Part shown: positions 1 through 10,730 of the stretch, piece by piece
Numbering within the stretch: the stretch's first letter is position 1
How the letters are laid out: each line of letters starts with the position of its first letter
Source: Mobula hypostoma
Lineage: Eukaryota
DNA length: 64,000 nt
Direction: 5' to 3'
Assembly (NCBI RefSeq): GCF_963921235.1
Contig: NC_086097.1
Location: 16,430,001-16,494,000, forward strand
Program-made: the position numbers and the translations under genes
The notes under the pieces: generated by a model
Database searches by the model: none
Seen by the model: only the letters and a program-made list of their open reading frames with translations
What the model was told of the DNA's origin: nothing

Positions 1-1808
1 GTTGAACCCACCAGAGGATCAGCTCTTCTGGATTGGGTGTTGTGTAATGAATAGGAATTAATTAGAGAGCTTAAGGTAAAAGAACACTTAGGGAAAGTGA
101 TCATAAAATGATCAAATTTTACCTGAAATTTGAGAAGGAGAAGCTAAAGTCAGATGTATCAGTATTACAGTGGAGTAAAGGGAATTACGGAGGCATGAGA
201 GAGGAGTTGGCCAGAATTGATCGGAAAGGAAGACTGGCAGGGATGATGGCAGAGCAGCAGTGGCCAGAATTTCTGGGAGCAATTCAGAAGGCACAGGATA
301 TGTATATCCCAAAGAGGAAGAAGTTTTCTACAGGAAAGATGACACAACTGTGGTTAGCAAGAGAAATCAAAGCCAATGTAAAAGCAAAAGAGAGGGCATA
401 GTTTTAAGGTGCTTGGAAGTAGGTACAGAGGAGATGTCAGGGGTAAGTTTTTACACAGAGAGTGGTGAGTGTGTGAAACGGGTTGCTGGCAATGCTAGTG
501 GAAGTGGATACGATACGTACATGGAGCTTAGAAAAACAGACAGCTATGGGTAACCCTAGGTAATTTCTAAAGTAAGTACATGTTTGGCACAGCTTTGTGG
601 GCCAAAGGGCCTGTATTGTGCTGTAGGTTTTCTATGTTTCTAAAAGAGAGGGCATATAATTGGGCAAAAATTAGTGATAAGTTAGAGAATTGGGAAGCTT
701 TTAAAAACCAACAGAAGACAACTAAAACAGTCATCAAGAAGGTAAAGATGGCAGACAAAAGTCAGTTAATCAATTATATTAAAGAGAGTATCAAAAGTTT
801 CTTTAGAAAAGTAAAGTGTAAAAGAGAGGCAAGAGTAGAATTTGAACCGCTGGAAAATGATGCTGGAGAGGTAGTAATGGGGGACAACAAAATGGCGGAT
901 GAACTGAATAAGTATTTTGCATCAGTCTTCACCACGTAAGACACAAGCAGTATGTTGAAAGTGACAGGTGTCGGGGGCATGAAGTGTGTGAAGTTACCAT
1001 TACTGGAGAGAAGGTTCTTGGGAAACTGAAAGGTCTGAAGGTAGATAAGTCATCTGGACCAGATGGTATACACCTTTGAGTTCTGAAAGAGGTGGCTGAA
1101 GAGATTGTTGAGGCATTAGTAATGATCTTTCAAGAATCACTAGATTCTGGAATGGCTCAGGAAGAATAGAAAATTGCAAACATCACTTCACTTAAGAAAG
1201 GAGAGAGGCAGAAGAAAGGAAACTGTAGGCCAGTTAGTCTGACCTCAGTGGTTGGGAAGATGTTGGAGTTGATTATTAAGGATGAGGTCTCAGGGTACCT
1301 GGAAGCACATAAAATAGGCCATAGTCAGCATGGGTTCCTCAAGGGAAAATCTTGCCTGACAAATCTGTTGGAAATTTTTGAAGAAATAACAAGCAGGGTA
1401 GACAAAGGAGATTTGGTTGATGTTGTGTGCTTGGATTTTCAGAAGGCCTTTGACAAGGTGCCACACATGAGGCTGCTTAACAGGCTACGAGCCCATGGTA
1501 TTACAGGAAAGATTCTAGCATGGATGAAGTAGCAGCTGATTGGCAGTAGGAAAAGAGTGGGAATGAAGGGAGCCTTTTCCTGCTCTCTGCTGGTGACTAT
1601 TGCTGTTCCACAGGGGTCTGTGTTGGTTCTGATTCTTTTTACGTTATATGTCAATGATTTGGATAACAGAATTGATGGCTGTTTGCAAAGTTTACAGATG
1701 ATATGAAGATAGATTGAGGAACAAGTAGCTTTGGATCAGCCATGATGAAATGGCAAAGCAGACTCGATGGGCCAAATGGCCTAATTTTGCTCCTAGTGTA
1801 TGGTCTTG
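1..1808 (+). mobile_element. CR1 LINE ORF2 fragment (degenerate, internally deleted)
   Basis: Broken ORFs with CR1 RT motifs (QHGFLKGKSCLTNL, LDFQKAFDKVPH, VPQGSVL). CR1 3' end (aaatggcctaattttgctcc) near 1775-1800. Confidence 0.9.
401..641 (+). mobile_element. 5'-truncated CR1 3' fragment nested in the older CR1
   Basis: Ends in a ttctatgtttct tail. Flanked by a 15-bp direct repeat AAAAGAGAGGGCATA (386-400 and 642-656), read as the TSD. Confidence 0.85.
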
Positions 1809-1814
1809 GGGAAT

Positions 1815-2250
1815 CATGGGAGGAGTGATCCCTGCAGAACACGGAAAATGGGAGGAGGGTAAAGATGTGCTTGGTGGTAGGATCCTGTTGAAGATGGTGA
1901 GGCTGTAGAGAATGATGTGCTGGATATGGAGGCTCATGGGTGGTAGGTAAGGGCAAGAGGAACACCATCACTTTTAAGGTGGCGGGAAGATGATGTGAGT
2001 GCTGATGTCTGGGAAATGGAGGCGATGTGGGTGACAGCAGCATCAATGCTGGAAGAAGGGAGGAGGTAGAAATGAGCAGTGTGGTGTGCCAGTGGATGGG
2101 ATTTCTCTCCAGTTGATGAGATAAACGATGGTGTCATTGACTATTCTCTGATGGTCCTGGGTGGGGTCTTTCTTTAAGAGGGTAAGGAAAAGGATGTGTC
2201 TGAAAGGTTCCGCTTGGCTCTCGTGATAGAGCAATCCTTTCAAGTCAGGT
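1815..2250 (-). mobile_element. Penelope-like element fragments
   Basis: Minus-strand translation includes VPLALTYHP and HLQQDPTTKHIF, matching the Penelope copy at 43.5 kb. Confidence 0.7.
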
Positions 2251-4711
2251 CTCCCTGGTAACTGTCTTCTGTACCACCTGCCACATCCTTCCTTAGGTAA
2301 AAGAGATCAAAGCAGTACACAGCATTCCAAGTGTGTCTTCAACAGATGTAACTACTTATGAAGTCGTGGGCTCTATATTCTTATCACATTCTGTTGGGTT
2401 TCCTGTTTGGAATTATTAACTTAGGAATGAAGTGGCCATCTGGTCCTTCAGGCCTGCTATGCATTTTAATAAAACTACAGCTGATTCTCACGTCCATTTT
2501 CCTGTTTGATCCTTTGATTGCTGCCATGTTAAATATCACATATCTATCCCTTTTGGTTTTGATCTTCCTGATGACAAGCGTGCGTTTCTTTTCCCAGTTA
2601 CATCCTCAGACAGTTTCACAGGTGTCACTCCTTTGCCTTCGTTCTGGCAGATAAAAGGGCTCGAGCCTCTCCATGAACTCAACCTTTCAATTCAAGCTTC
2701 AAAGTAAATTGATTATCAAAGTACATATACTGTGTACCGCTATATACAACTCTGAGATTCATTTTCTTGGGGGCATATTCAATAAATCCATAGAAAAATA
2801 ACCAATGAAGGACTGCACCAACTGGATTCCATAAGATCATAAGATATAGAAGCAGAATTAGGCCATTTGGCCCATTGAGTCTGCTCCACTATTTCATCAT
2901 GGCTGATCCAATTTTCCTCTCAGCCCCAGTCTCCTGCCTTCTCCCCATATCCCTTCATGCCCTAACTAATCATGAATCTATCAACTTCAACCTTAAATAT
3001 AAAGATTTGGCCTCCACAGCGTACTGTCTCCCCCACCCCCACCCACCTTAGCAACGTCTTGTCATTCTCCACAGAAGGGGTTATTCGTGAGGATGACGAT
3101 TGTTTGAGTTAAGCCTCCTTTTTATGGACCCTATCTATGTTTTTCATTGCCAGTGTAAAGCAGCCAGCATAATCAAAAGCCCAGCCACCCTGGACATTCT
3201 TTAATTCCCGCCGGTGTCTGGAAGGAACTTGCACATTCTCCTATGACTGAGTGTGTTTCCTCCAGGTGCTCTGTTTTATCCCCATATTCCAATCGCACAC
3301 GCGTTGGTAGGTTAATTGGTCACGTGGGTTTAACTAGGAGGCGTGGACTTGTATATCTGGAAGGGCCTGTTATCGCTAAAAATAACTAACTAAATGTTTT
3401 TCCTCTCTCCCATTGAGTAGACGATGCAAAAGCCTGTAAGTATGTACCACCAGGCCCAAGGACAACTTCTATCCCCGTGTTAAATAAAACTATTGAATGG
3501 TCTTCTAGTATGAGGACATGAACTCTTGACCTCACAATCTACCTCATTATGATCTTGTAATTTGTTTGTATTTTTTGTACTTCACTCTGTTCTGTTATTG
3601 TTTTATCTTACTCTCCCTAATGATCAGATCTGTAAGAACAGTGTGCAAATCAGGCTTTTCACTATAGCTCAGTACATGTGGCAACAATAAACCAATTCCA
3701 ATGCCAAGATCTGAAACGTGGAGAATGACCCACTATTCCACCCACAGCACACACTCACTCTGGAACCTTTGTCGACATTTACTGTCTTGCTGTTTAGAGG
3801 GATCAAAGTTCAAAGGTCAAATAAAATTTATTATCTAAGTATGTGTATGTTGTCGTACACAACCCTGAAATTCATTTTCTTGCAGGCATTCATGGAAATA
3901 CAAAGAGAAAAAGAAAACAATAATAATATAAATAAATAAGCAATAAATATCGAGAACATGAGATGAAGAGTCCTTGGAAGTGAGTCCATAGGTTGTAGAA
4001 AAAGTTCAGTGTTGGGGTGAGTGAAGTTGTCCCCTCTGGTTCAAGAGCTTGATGGTTGAGGGGTAAAACCTGATGGTGTGGGTCCTGAGGCTCCTGAATC
4101 TCCTTCCAGATGGCAGCAGTGCATGACCCGGGCAGTGAGGGACCTTGCTCAAACCCCCACCCATTTAACAGCAGCCATCTCCCGCATTTACCCACACCAC
4201 CACCACCACTATGTGTCACAGGGTTTGCATTGGATGTCCCGCTCACTGGTTTCAGGCTGGTTGCTCATAATTTGCTGCGATGCACTCTCTGAGCCAAGTG
4301 TGGGAATCGGAAGCCACACAATCACACTAAAACAACCTGGGATTAACAGATCCGCATGCCTGAGTGCGGCTGAAATAAGGGTTGGCACCAGATGCTGAGA
4401 AATGATTCCGTGCATTCTTATAGTGGGAAGATTGCAGGCACAGATTAGACGTGTTTGTTTTAGCTCAGGGCTAAGACATTCCATTCCCAGGCACTGCTTT
4501 GTAAGAACAAAGGGCAGACAGCTTTTTGCAACAAACGCAGTCTGCACATGTTAGAATGAATCCAGTGTCATAAGATGTAAGAAATAGCAGGAATAGGCCA
4601 TCTGGCCCGTCAAGCCTGCTCCACCATACAATAAGATCACGACAGTTCTAGCTGTGGACTCAGCTCCACCTACCTAATTCCCCTGCTATGCAAAAATCTA
4701 TCTATCCATCT

Positions 4712-5147
4712 GTCTGGATGTTGCCAGAACGCGAGGGTCAGAGTTATGGGGAAAGGTTGAATAGAGGAGGAGGATAAGGGAGATTTGATAGAAGTGGACA
4801 AAATTATGAGCGTATAGATAGTGTAAATGCAAGCAGGCTTTTTTTCCTCAGAGGTTGGCTGAGACTATAACGAGAGGTCACGGGTTAAGGGTGTAAGGTG
4901 AAATGCTGAGGGGGAATGTGAGGGGGAACTTCTTCACTTCGAGAGTAGTGCAAGTGTGGAACCAGCTGCCAGCAGAAGTGGTGGATGCGGGTTCAATTAC
5001 AACATTTAAGGGAAATATGGATAGGCACATGGATGGGAGGGGTTTGGAGGGCTATGGTCTGGATGTACATAGATGGGACTAGGCAGGTTTATAGATAGGC
5101 TTGGACTAGATGGGCTGGACAGCTTGCTTCTGTGCTGTAGTGTTCTA
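4712..5147 (+). mobile_element. CR1 3' fragment
   Basis: RGDLIEV..TRGHGLRV..FFT.RVV-type CR1 C-terminal segment followed by 3' UTR. Confidence 0.75.
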
Positions 5148-5761
5148 GAACTCTACCAAATCCATTTGTGCTCGGCTCAGTACAGGACGTAATAGCCTGT
5201 TGATGACACTCAACAACACCGATGCACTTATTCCATTGATACCTAGAGGCAGCAGTTGTATGGCAGGAACTCACTACAACTCTATAGATAGCTCCTACAT
5301 AGAACACTACAGCACAGTACAGGCCCTTTGCTCCACAATGTTGTGCCGACCTTATAACCTAAGCTAAGATCAATCCAACTCTTCCCTCCTACATAGCCCT
5401 CCATTCTTCTCTCATCAATGTGCCTACGCAAGAGTTTCCTAAATGTCTCTAATGTGTCTGCCTCTGCCACCCATGACCTTTAACAGCCAGAACAACAAGG
5501 ATAGCAAAATCTTTGTCACACGACCTGGAAGTTGCCCTCCAAACCACACACTGTCCTGACTGTTCTGAAATATTTTGCTGTTCCTTCACCGTCGCTGGTT
5601 CAAAATTGTGGAGACCCATCCCTAACAGCTTTGTGGGTACACCCACATCTCAAGGACTGTAGTTCTTCAGTTCCTCACCGGCACCTTCTCAAGAGCAGTT
5701 AGAGGCGGAAAATTAAGTGGTGGCTCAGCCTGCAAAGCCAAAGTCCCTTGAATATGAATGC

Positions 5762-6250
5762 AATGGCTATTTTATTAGTTATACTGTATGCCTGTTCGTT
5801 AATGCAAGTATCTAATCAGACAATCATGCGGCAGGAACTCAATCCATAAAAGCATGCAGACATGGTCAACATGTTCAGAATGGGGAAGAAATGTGATCTA
5901 AGTGACTTTGATTCTGGAATGATTGTTTGGGAGTGGTTTGAGTATCTCAGAAACCATTAATCTCCCGGGGTTTTCATGCACAACGGTCTAAAGTTTACAG
6001 AGAATGGTGTAGAAAAACTTGCACTGAGCAGCAGTCCTGTGGTCAGAAATGCCTTGTTAATGAGCGAGCTCAGAGGAGAATGGCCAGACTGGTTCAAGCT
6101 GACAGTAACCCAAATAACCGCATGTTACAACAGTGGTGAGAAGAAGAGCATTTCTGAACGCACAACACATCAAACCTTAAAGTGGATAGGCTACAGCAAC
6201 AGAAGATCACACTGTGTTCCACTCTTAAACCTAATAAACTGGCCATGAAC
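5762..6250 (+). mobile_element. Tc1-like non-autonomous DNA transposon
   Basis: Degenerate Tc1 transposase N-terminus (MGKKCDLSDFD.GMI...LSISET). Imperfect inverted ends tggctattttattag (~5764) and cctaataaactggcca (~6230). Confidence 0.75.
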
Positions 6251-6544
6251 AGTATACAGTAAAGTGTTGGAGTGGCGATGGGGTGGCAAGGGTAGGGAAC
6301 ACAATGAGCATCTCCAATATGCGTAGATTGGCAAGTAACTCTTTTCCACTCCACAACATCCTTGGACTGCCTTGGTTGTTTTTTGCAAGTGACACATTTC
6401 ACTGTATGTTTCGATGTATATGTTACAAGTAACACTAATCTTTAGTCTACCAAACATATTGAAAAGAAAGGTACGTGGAAAAAGCCCCATCCTAGATACA
6501 TAAGCGACAAAATACAGGTGGACCGTTTCAGACAGGACCGCGGG

Positions 6545-7035
6545 AGTACTGCAGTGTTAGTAGTGTCATCTTTTGGATGAGACGCTAATCTGAGGACCAC
6601 TGCAACTAGTCTACTCTCTCAGGTAGATGCACTCGTAGGTTAATTATAAATTATGCTTAGTGTAGATAAGTGGAAAAAAAATCAGAAAGTAGAGGGCATG
6701 TGGGAGACTATCAGGTAGCAAGGATACATGGAGATGAGGAGGGTTGTATAGAGCTGATGGGATTGCTGCGCTAGGAGCCAGTACATACCTGATGGGCAGA
6801 ATGTCTTCCCTCTGTGCTGTAGTAAGTTAAGAAAATTTAAGTGCTATTTTTAAAGAGGAATGAAAGAGTTATCCTTGAAATCTCAACCAATACTAGAGCT
6901 TCAAACAACATCTGATCATGGTGTGGGAGTCTATCATGCACAAATTGGGAGATGGTCTTCTAACACTTTAGGAAAACACTTCATTGGCTGTAAAGCAATT
7001 CTGGAGACGAGCAAAGAGACATGAAATTTAAGTGC
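6545..7035 (+). mobile_element. Deu-domain SINE (SacSINE1/AmnSINE1-like), old and interrupted
   Basis: gtgtcatcttttggatgagacgctaatctgagg...ctctcaggtagatg and a later ttcattggctgtaaagc resemble the DeuSINE consensus as I recall it. Confidence 0.55.
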
Positions 7036-7349
7036 TTTTGTACTGGAATTATGAATATGTGTTGATGTCTACAAGGAGCTCCTAAAAGTTCTTATTGTAC
7101 AAGAAAAGTATCCTAGATATAGCTTTGAGCAGTCAGCTCTGCACATGGAATCACTGGAGCCACTGCTTGACAGCTCCAGTGATTCAGATTCGATCCTGAC
7201 CTGCAGTGCTGTCTGTGTGGAGTTTGCATATGACCATATGGGGCTCCCCCAGAATCCGCTCGTTTCTTCCCATATCCCAGGTAAGTGCAGGGTGGTAGGT
7301 GAATTAGCAATTGTAACTTGTGAATGTAAACTCCAGGAAAGTGGCTACC

Positions 7350-8145
7350 CCGGTCGATAGCGTGGTTAAGAAGGCTTACGGCATGCGTTCCTTTATCAGT
7401 TGAGGCACTGAGTTCAAAAGTCAGGAAGTTATGCTGCAGCTTTATAAAACTCTAGTTAGGTTGCATCTGGAGTACTGCACACAGTTCTGTCATCCCTGTA
7501 TAGAAAGGATGTTGAGGCTTTGGAGCGGGTGCAGAAGAAGTTTACCAGGATGCGTACACGAGAAAATCTGCAGATGCTGGAAATCCAGGCAACACACACA
7601 AAATGCTGGTAGAACACAGCAAGCCAGGCAGCATCTATAGGAAGAGGTACAGTCGGCGTTTCGGGCCAAGACCCGAAACTGCCTGGCCTGCTGTGTTCTA
7701 CCAGCATTTTGTGAGTGTCACCAGGATGCTGCCTGGATTAGAGGTCATGCGCCATCTAGAGGCTGGACAAGCGTGTTGTTTTCTCTGGAGTGGCAGAGGC
7801 TGAGGTTTATACGATTATGAGAGGCATTGATAGAGTAGATAGACAGTATCTTTTTCTCCAGGGTTGAAATGTCTAATACCAGAGGGCACTTAAGGTGAGT
7901 GGGGGCAATTTCAAAGGAGATGTAAAGGGCAAGTTTTTTGCATAGAGCATGGTGGGTGGTAGAGGGAGAAATGTTTGGGACTTTTAAGAGATCTTTAGAT
8001 AGGCACAAAAATGAGAGGAAAATGGACGGATATGGATATTTTGTAGGCAGGAGAGATTAGTTTCACCACCTGATTATTAATTTAGTTGGTTTGGCACAAC
8101 ATTGCAGGGTAAAGGGCCTGATCCAGTGCAGTACTGTTCTATGTG
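7350..8145 (+). mobile_element. CR1 3' fragment, interrupted by a hairpin mini-element
   Basis: MLQLYKTLVRLHLEYC.QF motif and a CR1 3' UTR. Confidence 0.8.
7554..7719. mobile_element. Penelope-terminus hairpin mini-element
   Basis: Inverted arms at 7597-7631 and 7679-7713. 10-bp TSD ACCAGGATGC at 7544-7553 and 7720-7729. Sequence matches the Penelope termini at 44.4 kb and 40.6 kb. Confidence 0.8.
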
Positions 8146-8517
8146 TGTAGATAACTGGCATAATCCGAGGAATTGAAGGGAATGCAGGAAGTATAAAGTA
8201 GATTTAGAGTCAATGTGTGCTTGAGAATTGGCATACACTTGGTAGGCTGAAGAGCCTATTTCTATTCTGCATTTGTATTGGTGTTGGTGTATTATACAAT
8301 GAAAAGCTTGCCTTGCATACTGCTCATACAGATCAAATCATTACACAGTGCACTGAGGCAGAATGGTGAACCTGATTCAGCAGCTACTTTTCTTCTAAAT
8401 TTGTTAACAACTGTGTGGACCAACCATTGCTCTGAGCAGGAAATTTTTACACAGCCTGAAAGCTGTATGGCACTTTAAATAGCTTTTTTTCGTAATAAGC
8501 ATACTATAAATATACAT

Positions 8518-8806
8518 GTGGGCACATGGCCAAGTGGTTAAGACGTTCGACTAGTGATCTGAAGGTCGTGAGTTCGAGCCCCAACCGAGGCAGCGTGTTG
8601 TGTCCTTGAGCAAGGCACTTAATCACACAGTGCTCTGCGACGACACGCTGTATGGGTCCTAATGCCCTTCGCTTGGACAACATTGGTGTCGTGGAGAGGG
8701 GAGACTTGCAGTATGGGCAACTGCCAGTCTTCCATACAACCTTGCCCAGGCCTGCGCCCTGGTGAGTGAAGACTTTCCAGGCGCAGATCCATGGTCTCGC
8801 AAGACT
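8518..8806 (+). mobile_element. tRNA-derived SINE with RTE-related body and tail
   Basis: A box TGGCCAAGTGG, B box GAGTTCGAGCC, then gtgtccttgagcaaggcactt. The body is homologous to the element at 18.2-18.3 kb. Tail gatccatggtctcgcaagact. Confidence 0.8.
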
Positions 8807-8999
8807 TGGCGTTTCACCCGGTATTCGGCATACCACAGGTGCTCTCTCTCCCTAATAAGTGAGAAAGAGGTGTCTCTGTTTTCACATGAACATTATGTTT
8901 AAAAAATTCCAGCTGCGTGGCAACGAAGGCTGTGTGCGCGGCAGCATTTTAGTTACAGCGCAGCTTCGAGACAGCAGTAACTTTCTTTTCTTTCCTCAG

Positions 9000-9185
9000 A
9001 TCCCTCGAGAGTTTCTGGAAGTTGCTGAAGTGACTTTACGGGAGTTTTTTAACGCAGTCAAATTGGGCAAAGACTCAGACCCTTCTTGGAAAAAGAGCAT
9101 CTACAAGGTGATCAGTAAACTGGACAGTGAGGTGCCTGAGATGTTTAATTCTCAGGGGTGCCTGCAAGACATTCTGTATGATTAG
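9000..9185 (+). CDS. Terminal coding exon of a Prospero homeobox (Prox family) gene, C-terminal Prospero domain; paralogue unresolved
   Basis: Acceptor ctttcttttctttcctcAG (AG at 8998-8999), then in phase 0 IPREFLEVAEVTLREFFNAVKLGKDSDPSWKKSIYKVISKLDSEVPEMFNSQGCLQDILYD*. Colinear with the last exon of PROX1 (VPERFLEVAQITLREFFNA...DPSWKKAIYKVICKLDSEVPE). Confidence 0.95.
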   Translation: MPREFLEVAEVTLREFFNAVKLGKDSDPSWKKSIYKVISKLDSEVPEMFNSQGCLQDILYD

Positions 9186-9286
9186 AGCTGTGCTTTGTAC
9201 CAAATTTAGTGCTGAGCTTGAAGGAGGGGCGAGATTTGCTTTGTCATATATTCTGGTGCAGGGTTAGTTTTCATTCTGACATGTTA

Positions 9287-9745
9287 GTCCATGGCATCCT
9301 CTTGTGCCGGGGAGGCTACCCTCAGGGTGAAGGAGCAACACTTTATATTCTGTCTGGGTGGCCTCCAACCTGATGGTATGAAGATTGACTTCTCCTTCCA
9401 GTAAAAACATCCCTCCCTTCCTCTATCCCCCACTCTGACCACTTACTCTTCTCACCTGCCTATCACCCCCTGGGTCCCCTCCTCCTTCCCTCTTCCCTTT
9501 CCGTAGTGTTCACTCTCCTTTCCTATCAGATTCCTTCCTCTCCAGCCCTTGACCTTTCCCACTCACCTGGCTTTACCTATCACCTTTTAGCTCTCCTCCT
9601 TCCCCTCCCCCCCCCGACCTTTTTATTCTGGCATCTTCCCCCTTCCTTTCTTGTCCTGAAGAAGGGTCTTGGTCTGAAACTACGACTGTTTATTCATTCC
9701 CGCAGATGCTGTCTAACCTGCTGAGCTCCTCCAGCATTTTGTGTG
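9287..9745 (+). mobile_element. Penelope-like 3' fragment (GIY-YIG end, pyrimidine-rich UTR, hammerhead-type terminus)
   Basis: ATLRVKEQHFIFCLGGLQPDGM, then gtcCTGAAGA...GAAAC at 9653-9686 and the ccagcattttgtgtg end. Confidence 0.85.
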
Positions 9746-10184
9746 ATGCTATGTGACGAAGCAAATTCTTTTTGCAGCTTCAACTCTGAGATCAATGTTT
9801 TTGTTATGTAAAGGTAGCAAGGAGAATTGAAATCAGATTGTGGAAAGAGACCCTTTGCTGGCCTAGGTTCATTAAGCTTAGATATACTACCCTATCTTAT
9901 TCTCATCAACCCTTTCGGATACTACCAGTGTCACTGACACACCAGTGACAACTTACACTGGCCAGCCGACCAAACTGCACATCCTTAGGGCGTGTGAACA
10001 AAGCAGAGGAATCTCACGAAGTCACAGGGAGAAGGTGCAAACTCCTCGAAGGCAGCAATGGAGGTCAGGACTGAACCCATGTTACCAGAGCTCTGAGGTG
10101 GCAACTCTGCCAGCTGTGTCGCCCTGTTGTTGTGGTGCATGGCGGACAATTGAATAGCGAGCACCAGCCCATCACCCATACCGG

Positions 10185-10430
10185 TGCACAGGCTACCAAC
10201 AACAGCTCGTCAGACTCCTCCATCTCGGGCTAATCTTTCAAATTGTCCCCGGATGTAGCCCAATGTCTAAATCCTTCCTCCCATAGGGATGAGGCATTTG
10301 GAGCCTCTGTTGGTGTTTCTGCCACACTGGTTTTTTTCAGGATGGGTTTGCTAGCCCCATGCCCAACCCTCCTTCGTCCTCCTTTCGCAGCCGGGCAGCC
10401 GGGCTTGTGACCATCTATGGCGCAGTTAGT
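10185..10430 (-). mobile_element. Probable non-autonomous RTE-derived element
   Basis: The reverse complement contains gggttgggcatggggctagcaaacccatcc, an RTE 5'-region-like motif (recalled). Confidence 0.4.
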
Positions 10431-10489
10431 GAGCAGTTTGGAGGGGCTGAAAACTGTCCTCCTGCCACGTTAAAAGAATGCGCTTTTCT

Positions 10490-10730
10490 AGGGCGTAGCG
10501 GTTAGCGTGACACTATCACAGCTCGGGGTGTTTTGGAGTTCAATTCTAGTGCCGTCTGTGAGGACTTTCTGCGCTCTCCCCATGAACCGCGTGTGTCTCC
10601 GTCAGGTACGCTGGTTTTGTCCTACAGTCCAAAGGTTTGTGTAGGTCATTGTAAATTGTCCTGCGATTAGGCCAGTGTTGAATAAGTTGGTTGCTGGGTG
10701 GTGCAGCTCGTTGAGCTGGAAGGGCCTGTT
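10490..10730 (+). mobile_element. V-SINE/HE1-like tRNA-derived SINE
   Basis: gtagcggttagc head, gagttcaattc B box, V-domain-like ...gctggttttgtcctacagtccaaag. Confidence 0.7.

Noticed and set aside
8518..8592. tRNA gene
   Set aside because: It has A and B boxes but runs into SINE body sequence and recurs at 35.0-35.1 kb inside a TSD-flanked insertion, so it is a SINE head.
8859..8999. N-terminal part of the 108-aa ORF as Prox coding sequence
   Set aside because: No Prox similarity before 9000, and a strong splice acceptor lies at 8998-8999, so it is intronic.
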